In this document: piece after piece, positions 53,753-64,000 of the stretch
How positions within the stretch are numbered: position 1 is the stretch's first letter
How the letters are laid out: each line of letters starts with the position of its first letter
Assembly: GCA_963693365.1 (NCBI GenBank)
Contig: CAVNZM010000008.1
Coordinates: 2,819,572-2,883,571 of the forward strand
DNA from: Amoebidium appalachense
Taxonomy: Eukaryota > Protista > Ichthyosporea
Direction of reading: 5' to 3'
DNA: 64,000 nt
The notes under the pieces: model-generated
What the model was told of the DNA's origin: nothing
Databases searched by the model: none
Seen by the model: the letters and a program-made list of their open reading frames with translations, nothing else
Position numbers and translations under genes: made by a program

Positions 53753-54259
53753 TTCAAGTGCCTGTGACTATGGTACACACAGACAGATGTCCGTGTTCGC
53801 CCGCCCTCACCCGTGCCCGTGCAAGGGGTTGCATGCGCTTAGATAACATGTGTACACGTGCACATGGCATTCGTTCAGTATCAACTGCAGTACAGGCGCC
53901 ATGCGAGATTTTCCTTGTCTTTTTTTCTTCTTTTTCTTTTGTGCCGCGGGGAGGGAGGGGGGGGGGGGAGGGGGGAGGACACTGTTTCCCCCCAAGGTCA
54001 GCGGCTAGAGACAATAGTCTTTAATGACTTGACCAGGTACCGAGCCACAAGCTCACCCACTCGGGTATTGTATGTGCTTTGTAGTAATGCAGTGTAGACT
54101 CATCACCATATATATATGTGTTCGGTTACTCTACCTATTTGACGAAGGTTTGTATGTGGGCCGTGACATCAATATTATATGGTCCAGCTAGGACCGAAAG
54201 GATTCGGCTGGGGTTAACGTTTCTGTTTGCAGCGCACCGCAACGCCAGGACTGCGCTCG

Positions 54260-54935
54260 TATGTATACTCCCGAGGTTTTGCTTCGGTGCTACGGTACTC
54301 ACGAGGTTGTGCTTCACGGTGCAAGGTCTCCCGAGCTTTTGCTTCGGCCCTTCATGTCCCGGTTCTTCCCGAGGTTTTGCTTCGCGAGCGGCACTGTGCG
54401 CGTACTCCGAGGTTTTGCTTCGTGATCGGCACTGTGTGCGTACTCCCGAGGTTTTGCTTCGTCGAGCTGGCACTGTGCGCGTACTCCCGAGGTTTTGCTG
54501 AGCTGTTCGAACCGTGCGCGTACTCCCGAGGTTTTGCTGAGCCGGCACTGTGCGCGTATTCCCGAGGTTTTGCTGAGCTGGCACTATGCGCGTACTCCCG
54601 AGGTTTTGCTGAGCTGGCACTGTGCGCGTACTCCCGAGGTTTTGCTGAGCTGGCACTGTGCGCGTACTCCCGAGGTTTTGCTGAGCTGGCACTGTGCACG
54701 TACTCCGAGGTTTTGCTGAGCTGGCACTGTGCGCGTACTCCCGAGGTTTTGCAGAGCTCAGGCACTGTGCGCGTACTCCCGAGGTTTTGCTGAGCTGGCA
54801 CTGTGCACGTACTCCGAGGTTTTGCTGAGCTGGCACTGTGCGCGTACTCCCGAGGTTTTGCAGAGCTCAGGCACTGTGCGCGTACTCCCGAGGTTTTGCT
54901 TCGGAACCGTTGCGCGAGCTGCCAGTACTCCCGCT
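54260..54935. repeat. 36-bp CpG-rich minisatellite with 109-bp higher-order unit
   Basis: Unit gaggttttgctgagctggcactgtgcgcgtactccc, no spacers, degenerate at the edges. A 35+38+36 triplet repeats at 54691 and 54800. Confidence 0.95.
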
Positions 54936-54991
54936 CCTCAGTGACACTGGAGTCTCGACTCTACCACCTACTGAGGCGGTGTCTCCTTTCT

Positions 54992-55025
<34 letters not shown>

Positions 55026-55711
55026 AAAAGGGACGCCTGAGTAGATGTTAAACGTCGCACGTGCGGCAACACGTCAGTACGTGTTAGGTCTCGACTCGAG
55101 GTTTCACTTAAAGAAACGTAGGATTCTGGTTGCCGATTTCTCGTACCCGTTTTTCCTTACACACCATTTCATCCTTTTCTTTTTTTGCTTTTGCTTGGCA
55201 CCTTTGAAGGCACGTGCACAGCATCCGGATCCTAGCGTGACTAACTTTCCACCTGTTTTTTTTTTTTTTTTTTGGTAGCATTTGCAGTTGAATTAAAAGT
55301 AAGCTCGGAGCCCTTGAGTCTTCCAGATTTTACACGGTCCATGTCTGATTAATTTAAGCTTCAAGGGAGCGTTTATGTTCAGTTTCGGAGCCGTATTTAT
55401 GCCTTTTTAGAAGGCGTCCACGTAACCGTCCGACAAGTTGAACATGAGTGAAGTGAGCAAAAGCAACGCACCATTCCAGCCACCCACACCCAAGGTATAT
55501 ACCTCATTTTTGCCTGCTGCTGCTACTATGCGCAGTGAAAGATGTGTTGACTAACCAAAAACCATGGTGAGGAGCCGTAAACGAATTGTTATTAAGGGGG
55601 GGAAAAAAAGCTGTATGGTCACTTTCTGTCTCTCCTCTCTTGTCCGTTCTTCGTTGATAGAATACGCTACGTGGGGGGGGAGGGGGGGGGGGGGGGGGAG
55701 GGGGGGGGGGG

Positions 55712-55835
55712 GACACCCAGAAAGATAGCCTACCTGAAAATTACAACATCCTTGATTTTATACTAAACACGCGTAACTATGACCTGTTTATTAGATGTAT
55801 TGATTGGCTTGAGAATCACATCATTACAAAATTCT

Positions 55836-55883
<48 letters not shown>

Positions 55884-56120
55884 AGCTGATACCGAGTGTC
55901 CCAGGGGAGCCCGAAAAAAAAAAAAAAAAAACGGGGAACCCAACTAATTGGTTTTCTTAGTCTTTATGGTGCCTCGTAGAGAAAGTAAACCCTGATATAT
56001 AATCATCACCCGACATCTATGTACTTGATCATGATGTACCGCTGAGGGGATGTTCCGAGCAAAAACCCCCCCATACCTGAGACTGGTCTCTCTTTGCCTC
56101 GAGTAAACAGCGTAAACCCC
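55712..56120 (+). mobile_element. 5'-truncated copy of the LINE 3' end
   Basis: Near-identical to ~10228-10687 (gacacccag...aaattctag, (CA)n, ccagctgataccgag..., poly-A, ...gagtaaacagcgtaaacccc). Confidence 0.95.
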
Positions 56121-56155
56121 GTGTGTGTGTGTGTGTGTGTGTGTGTATCATGCGC

Positions 56156-56196
<41 letters not shown>

Positions 56197-56640
56197 GGGG
56201 GGGGGGGGGAGGGGGAGGGGGTTGGGCTACAGAAACTCACCAAAATTCTCCCTGGTGCCCTCCCTCCCAGTCCCCCGGTCCCCCCCCCCCCCCCCCCCCC
56301 CCCGCCGCCTCCCAAACACACACACACCTGACCGTTCACATCAGTGCCGATGGCCCCTACTCCCCCCCCCCCCCCCCCCCCGCCCTCTCTCCTTCAACCC
56401 CCCCCCCTCCCCCTCTCTCTCTCAGCCTCTGCTCCCTCGAGCTCACACGCACCTCTACCTTCCTCACGAGTCACGACACTCACCAAGATTTAATTCTTAG
56501 ATACAGCGAGACCGAGACCGTCCCTGAGACAGACAGCCTCGGAAGGGGGGGAGTGGGGGGGTGGGGGGGAGGGGGGAGAAAGAGAGGAAGAAGAGGGGTG
56601 TTTGGGGTGGGGGGGGGGTTTGGGGGTGGGGGGGGGGGGG

Positions 56641-56852
56641 GTTACGCTGTTTACTCGAGGCACAGAGAGGCCAGGTCTCAGGAATGGAGTGTTTTGCTCG
56701 TTAGGCCCCCTCAGAATATATCATGATCAGGTGCAAATAATCGAGGTCGGGTGAAGATTATGTATCAGGGTTGTCTAAAACTATATGAGTGCCGTAGGAA
56801 CCAGGAAGAAAGATAATCACGGTTGCCAATGCGTTCCCCCCTTTTTTTTTTT

Positions 56853-56893
<41 letters not shown>

Positions 56894-57022
56894 AGGGGGG
56901 GGGGGAAGGGGAGGGGGGGCTCCCTTGGGACACTAGTTATCAGCTGGTGTGTGTGTGTGTGTGTGTGTGTGTTTGTGTGTGTGTGCGTGTGTGTGCGTGC
57001 GTGTGTGTATGTGCGTGTGGAC

Positions 57023-57093
<71 letters not shown>

Positions 57094-57303
57094 CGTGTGT
57101 GTATGTGCTAAGGGTTTTGTGGCTGTGTGTTTCTCAAGCCAATCAATACACCCAGTAATTTGATCTTAGTCACATGAGCTTCATCGGATAAAAGGGTCTA
57201 ATGATGGTTGGGTATGCTCATGATGTGTCTGGGTGTCTGCTGTGAATGTGCCGTGTGTGTGTGGCTGCGATATTGTGGGGTCTATCAATCTATATTTGGT
57301 AAA
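56641..57303 (-). mobile_element. Diverged LINE 3'-end copy, inverted
   Basis: Reverse complement retains tgtattgattggcttgagaaacacac, (CA)n, ccagctgata..agtgtccca, aaccctgata, tgatcatgatat and gcctcgagtaaacagcgtaac followed by a C-run. Confidence 0.9.
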
Positions 57304-57906
57304 CCATCAGTATACCCCTAGCAATTGGATATACTGTAAGTACTTGTGTAGGTCGTTTTTGTTTCCCGTTCTCCCTTATTCTTCTTGTTCTTATAACTCT
57401 TTTGCCCATTTTTCCCCCGTGCGTGCGTGCGTGCGCGTGCGTGCGTGTGTGCATGCGTGCGCGCGTGCGGCGTGCGTGGTTGCGTGTGCGTGTGTGTGTG
57501 TGTGCGTGCGTGCATGGAGTGCACGAGGGAGGGGGGAGGGGGAAGCGAATGTAATTGATTGAGAGATTGCGCGGGGGAAGCGGGAAGGGCGGGTGGAGGG
57601 GTAGGGAAGGTTTGATTTGGCTTTTGGCGGGCAAGGAAACTCCATGTATGTGCCCTTTGTTTCTCAAACAACACACAAAGGGGTGTTCTTCTAAGGAAAA
57701 TAATGGGGAAAAGAAGAGGAGGTACAAACTCATTATCATGGGTCAAGGTACATGATGTGGCTCAGGTTTTTTTTAATTCTTATTCTTATCCCCCCCCCCC
57801 CCCCCCCCCCCCACCACCAAAAAAAAATAATATATTCCCCCCCCCCCCCCTCCCCGGGCGGGCGGGCATGCACACATGTGTGCGGTTGGGGGGGGGGGGG
57901 GGGGGG

Positions 57907-57949
<43 letters not shown>

Positions 57950-58803
57950 GGGGGGGGGGGGGGGTGGGGGGGGGGGGGGGGGGGGGGGGAGAAGGCTATG
58001 CCAGTTCTGGTTTATGATCAAGGCATGAAACCTATTGTCCATATAACTTGACCTTATGACTTGACAACATGACTATTTATGTTAAACATGGTACTGTTAA
58101 ACACCAAGCGCACCAGGCTGATCCAGTCACTGTGGCCCTTTCACTGGCAGGGGGACTTGTTTGTCCTTCCGGAATAAATTTTTTTTTTTACGAAATACGG
58201 TGCCGTCTTAAAATAGCTATATACTGACCTTCACTCCGAGACATGTACATCTGAAACTTTGAAATGAATTATGATTGGGCATGATTCATGCAATCATTCC
58301 TCGTGTTACAGTTAATTGCCTCTATGGTGACTGTTTCGTCATGGCCGGTCGGGTTCTGATTGGTCAGCAAGGCCGTTAATTTCTTTCACGGGCATCTATA
58401 CACCACGTGCGCACATACCCCTCCAAGAATTTTGTATTTCCCCCCCCCCCCCCCCCCCCCCCGCCCCCGCAAATGCCCCCGGATGCCACCACCTGGCCTT
58501 TTTCACAGGGTGCAGCCTTTAGCCCACGGCCACGGCACTGCCTGCAGCCCACCGCATGACTCCGCCCAAAGACCAGAAAAAAACAAGACTGATACCTGGG
58601 GGGAGGGGGGGGTTAATGCCATGTGTGTGTTGATTTGTGTTTGTTTCAGTTTTGCGGGGTTGGGGCCTTTCTTTTTGGGTGGGTGGGTGGTTGGGGCGGG
58701 GGGGGGGGGTAATGTGCTACATAGCCTAAGCACATGGATCATGCCGAAAACAGCCATACAGATAATGTGAATTATCGACACATGCAGAGCAGGGGTGTAT
58801 GCG

Positions 58804-58838
<35 letters not shown>

Positions 58839-58937
58839 TTATGGGAGGGGGAGGGAGGGAGGGCAGGAGGGGAGGGGGGGGGGGGGGGGGGGGGGAGGGG
58901 AGGGGAGGGAGGGGGGGGGGGGGGGGGAGGGAGGGAG

Positions 58938-58968
<31 letters not shown>

Positions 58969-59211
58969 AGGGAGGGAGTGGGGAAGGGAGAGAGAGAAAA
59001 GGTACGTCGGAAAGAGGCACCGGGAAACGCCGTAAGGGGCAGTGTGTGTGTGTGTGTGTGTGTGTGTGCATGTGTGTGTACGTGCGTGCGTGCATGCATG
59101 CATGTGCGTGTGTGCGTGCGTGCGTGCGTGTGTGTGTGTGTGTGTGTCTGTGTGTGTGCGCGCTTGAGTGTGTGTTTTGGGCGAGGGGGAGGGAACGGGG
59201 GGGAGAGGGAG

Positions 59212-59383
<172 letters not shown>

Positions 59384-59418
59384 TCTAACCTCTCTAAGAA
59401 AAGCTTTCGCTTTGCATC

Positions 59419-61125
59419 TCAGAATTCTTCCGGACTTGTACTTTCCAGTCTTCTGGCCTCTTGGTCGCAGGAAGTTCTTGCCGCGCGATCCAATTCCTTG
59501 TGTGTTATCTTGGGACATGTTTCGAGTGGGGCTAAGTCCACATGGGGCAGATCTAAGAACTTGATTCGCGCCAGATTCGGATGGCCGCTAAGACATTCCA
59601 CGGTGCGCAATGAAGTGAGGCCCACTAGATCGACGCGGGACATGGCAACGGCACCCGCGAGCGAATCGATGTTGGTCAAATTGGGGCAGTCCCTAATAAG
59701 TACACTCTCCAGAGACCGAGCACACATAGGTACGTCGCCGAGTGTTTCCAAGTCTTTACACCCAAAAATGGATAGGTAACTCAGGTGCTCGTGGTCGATC
59801 TGAAACAACTTGGTCCCGCCCACACCATGAACACGTATGCTCTCAACAAACGGTGGTGGTTTGATCGTTTCGATTGGTACACTCGCACAATCCCCAATAT
59901 AAAACTTTCGCAGGTTGCGACACATGGCCAAGTCCCCCACCTCACACAGACCGGGGCATTCCATCAACGTCACTGTTTGCAGGTGAGTGTGCGGGAGGGC
60001 ACCGAAATCCCTGTGATTTCGTTGTCACCGGAAATGGTGAGAGAGCGCACACGTGGCATGTTGTCCAATGAGAGCGTCGTCCTGCCCACCGCCGGGTTCC
60101 CACAACCGGTTATCTCCAAAGTGGTGAGTGCATGAGGATTGGATAAGCGACCCCACGAAAATACAACTCCCCTAAGGCGTAGCATTTTCATTGTACTGGC
60201 ATGGCGCTCAAGAAAAGACGAAGCATCCTCATTGGAAGGTGCTTTGAGCACCAGAGAAAACGACTCCAGATTGGGAGCATGTATATCCGGGAAATCCCGT
60301 GAGAAGCCACTGCACGTGATGTCCAATTTACGCAAATGGTTGTACTGTTGGGTGGCGGCCACATCCAATCTCCGCTTGGTAGACACCTCCAGAACTTCCA
60401 AATTAGGAAGGTACGGCAGCACCAACAGATGCTGGCCCTCGCTGACATCGAAATTGTCTATCTTCAGGTGCCTTAACGCGCATGTTCCCATTATACCCAG
60501 GTTAAGGCTCGACGGATTTTCTACCTCCGTGGTGTTGAAAGATAGCGAATCGAGGTTTGGACACATCCAGAGGATATTCCAAAGCTTCGCTCCGTTGAGC
60601 CACCGAGGCCGTAGTGGCGTAAACTGAATTTCTTGACGGTCGGTTTTGGGGCAAGAACACGAAATTTGGGGAAAACACCCACAACTCTCAAGGTTACTTC
60701 TTCCAACACCGGACATTTGTCCCAGAAAGTGCATAAAACCTGTCCTCCCGATTGGAAAAGGGCGCGCAATGCGAGTGATGCCCGTTTTCTTGCCGCCCGA
60801 GGCTTGCGCAAACGGAATGTAGAAACGTTGAAACGAATTCCCGCATTTCGCCCTCCCTCAACACCAACTCCATTTTGTCATGTTTATGACGACTGTGTTG
60901 ACTGCTGCATGCCACACTCTCACTTCGTTTAGGTTGCAAACCTTGACAATATCTTCGTCTACGGACCTTAAAAGCGCGAGCCCAACAGTGCCGGCGTGTG
61001 GGGACCGTGCCAGCTGGGCAAAGCGGCGGCACACGAGGGAAAACGACTTTCTGGAGTGGAGTCAAGCGGCAAACGGCGCAGAATCTTGAACATGAGCTCG
61101 GGAGGCAGGCGGGATAGAGGGCCAT
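59419..61125 (-). pseudogene. F-box/LRR protein, intronless body, multiple frameshifts
   Basis: F-box-like LSRLPPELMFKILRRLPLD after a cacacag acceptor. LRR-like repeats (CPVLEEVTL, CPNLDSLSF, LPNLEVLEV, LRKLDIT, LTTLEITGC, LSYLSIFGCKDL, LESVLIRDCPNL) are split over at least four frames. Confidence 0.8.
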
Positions 61126-62734
61126 CTGTGTGCACAAGGATTAGGACGATGGAAATGGATTCTGAGTGGATGGGTTTCGAATGTATGGGGTTATAAAAGG
61201 GGGGCGGTGGCAACGCCCAGGGGGAGAGGGGGGAGGGGGGGGGAGGGGGGGGGGGGGGAGGGGGGGGGGAGGGAGGGAGGGGGTAGGTAAGCCATCTTCT
61301 GGGTTTACCGTACATGTTACAAACTGAGTATTGCATGGAGTCAGGTGACCTTGCATATTCACACTCACGTTGCTTATGCTGTTTGCAGGGGGTTTAATGG
61401 TATCTTTGCCTGCCATGTATGTGTGTGAAGGTGTGCATCAGCGAACAAGCACTAGTGGAAGGGCGTGTTTCCAATGTTTGCGTGCGCTACAGGCTCAAGT
61501 GGTATCAATAGAGGTTGTGTGTGAATAATACCGTGTGTACCTATACAGGTGTACGTGTGTGCATGTGCTGTGTGTGTGTCTGCAACATGTATATGTGTGG
61601 GTGTGTTGTGTGTTCCCTGTGCGCACCCATGTTGAGCGTGCGATGGGAGCCTGTGAAGTGTGGGTGTGTGTATCGCTGTGTGTGTGTTTGTGTATATGCT
61701 TTAGCATGGGGGAGACGCCGGTGGGGCAGACCGAATGGTTAAGAGTAGGCCGTCACAGCAACTTCCTTCTTTCCCCCTCCTTTTTATTGATTTTTCTTTG
61801 TGTGTGTGCATGTACATGTGTGTTGGTGGCGGGGGCGGAGGGGGGTGGAAGGGCTGAAACCAAACCACCCTATCCCATCCCCGGCAGGCAGATGCAACTA
61901 TCACGGACTTCAAGACAGAGTGTGCATAAGTGAAGAATGCATAGTGTCGCAAGCAGCAAACGTGGTGTTGTGCAACACAAGAAGAACAGCAATGACAGGA
62001 ACATGACAGGGGTGCATGGTATTCCGGTAGTACTTTGCTTACTTCATGCCGAAGACGAAAAGGAGCGGGGAAAAGAACATGACTTGTGTTACACAATCTT
62101 TTCTGGTGATCATTCGTTTACAAGCGTTTTAACCTATTAAACATGTCTTAGTCCGTTCCAAGAACGTTAACCACGCCTTCCGGAATTCCAGGAACTAAAA
62201 AGTATATACCTTGGGTGTGGGTGGCTGGCACTGGTGCCTTGCTGTTGTTCACTTCGCTCATGTTGACATCTGGTCAGCTACGTGGACTCTCTATGTACTC
62301 TTACGGGTCCGAGTGGAGTCCTATATTCTGGTTCAGCTATCAATGGGCAGACTGACCATGATTACGAAGCGTGCTGTTCCAACTGCAAAGCACGAACGTT
62401 AACCGGTTCAACTCAGTTTGAAGTGGCGCAAACGTGTGCTACGTCATCTGTCAAAATAAAAATCAAAACCTCGGGAGTCGTCAACGACAAGTCCCCCCCC
62501 CCCCCCCCCCCCCCCCCCCTCGGCAACACACACACGTGCACACACAGGAAAAATTTTTTTTAAAAAAAAAAAAAGTATTATGCGCCTATACCATTGTTTG
62601 TTCTCTCCCTTCGACACAGCCGCTCACCAAAGTATATTGCATCTTTGTTTAGCTTAGAGACAGAGGGAGACTGAGAAAGAGTGCTTCGTGTCACCTAAGT
62701 CTGAGGGGAGAGCCTCTGAGAGACAGCCCCTAAT

Positions 62735-62772
<38 letters not shown>

Positions 62773-62980
62773 AGAGAGAGTGAAAGGGAGAGAGATTTAG
62801 AGCGAGTCCTGAAGAGATCTAGAGAGAACTTAGACTAGAGAGAGCTAGAGATCGGAGAGAGAGAGCTCGACAGATAGAGAGAGATCTAGTCTAAGTGAGT
62901 TCTAGAGAGAGAGCTCTCCTGGAGAGAGAGGGGAGGGGGGGTTGGAGGGGGGGCTGGGGGGGGGGGAGGGGGGGGGGGGA

Positions 62981-63031
<51 letters not shown>

Positions 63032-63116
63032 AGAGAGAGAGCTGGAGTGAAGGAGAGGAGGGGAGGGGGGGGGAGGGGGGAGGGAGGGGAGGGGAGGGGG
63101 GGGGGGGGGGGGGGGG

Positions 63117-63151
<35 letters not shown>

Positions 63152-63380
63152 GGACAGCTCGAGAGAGAGAGAGAGAGAGCAGGGCCGGGGGGGGGGGGGG
63201 GGGGGGGGGGTAGAGCTCTAGAGCTCTAGAGAGAGAGAGAGAGAGAGTCCGGAGAGAGAGATATCAATTATTTAAGTGTGTGTGTGTGCTTGTGCACGTG
63301 CGCACACGGCATTGTTCTTTCTGATGCCAGCGTTGTGTAGTGCACGTGGTGGGGCTAGTATACGTAGTTGAGTCTAAATA

Positions 63381-63415
<35 letters not shown>

Positions 63416-64000
63416 GTCTTTTCCAATTAGTTGTGCCTTTGGCATGTAAAGAAACCGTGGAGAAACAATGACTCGGTACTTCGTGATATCTGCTTCTTTT
63501 TCCATCTTTCTTTCTTTCATCTTGTCACTCCTCCTCTTGTACTCTTCTTCTTTTACGGGTTTTCCTGGTTAGTCGCGTGTGCGCGCACTTGTGTGTACAG
63601 GTGTGTGTGTGTGTGTGTGTGTGTGTTTATGTGTATGTGTGTGCATGTGATGGGGAAGAGGGGGGGAAGGTCATGTTATAGGTATATACCACTGAGTTTC
63701 CCTGCCTTCGACTTTGTACCTTGCCCAACAGTGACAGCTCTCATACAAACCCAAATATCCTGTGGTACATCGACTAGACATTTGTGTGTACGTTCAAGTT
63801 GTATTTATTTTTTTACTGATGAGGGGGAAGAGAGGGCCCGGGTTGGAAAGGGGGGGGGGGGGGGGGGGGGGGGGGGGGTATTTAGTGCAAGAACCTGTGG
63901 GGAGAGGTGGGGAGGGAGATCATTCGTTGCGTGACATACATTCTTCATTCATTCATATGCATTCCACTGCGCAAAACCTTCCTCCCACCCACTGCCTATC

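Noticed and set aside
54260-54935. CRISPR array (36-bp repeats)
   Set aside because: Repeats are contiguous with no unique spacers, there are no cas genes, and the context is eukaryotic.
62230-62460. Cys-containing plus-strand exon (DSLCTLTGPSG...CCSNC)
   Set aside because: No recognisable domain, start or linked exons.
62650-63265. GA-rich tract with ctag/agct palindromes as a structured element
   Set aside because: Looks like degenerate (GA)n or low-quality consensus; no termini or second copy.

Overview
Intron-rich, microsatellite-saturated eukaryotic DNA: (CA)n/(TG)n, (GA)n and 20-60 nt G/C homopolymers. An opisthokont-like protist is plausible, but the taxon cannot be established from this window. 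Almost all ORFs in the supplied track are repeat artefacts. Real content, left to right: (1) a ~184-bp satellite; (2) a nested transposon block in which an AT-rich insert cuts a Ty1/copia element (intact pol, PPT, 3' LTR), which in turn abuts a frameshifted APE-RT LINE with an unusual (CA)n/poly-A/structured 3' end; (3) a ~12-exon minus-strand gene that I reconstruct as a type II membrane protein with an inhibitor-cystine-knot motif, a mucin-like stalk and a GH19 chitinase domain lacking the catalytic acid; (4) head-to-head with it, a ~36-exon FANCI gene (25.4-53.1 kb) with an E2F site upstream; (5) a 36-bp minisatellite; (6) two more LINE 3'-end copies facing tail-to-tail; (7) an intronless, frameshifted F-box/LRR pseudogene. 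The strongest leads are the membrane-tethered pseudo-chitinase, a short intronic repeat family with a near-invariant CCCTGA(G/T)GATGGGCTCT head that ends in C-runs, the LINE 3' module that also ends in C-runs, and splice acceptors in which (CA)n replaces the polypyrimidine tract. All exon models were read by eye and lack transcript support.
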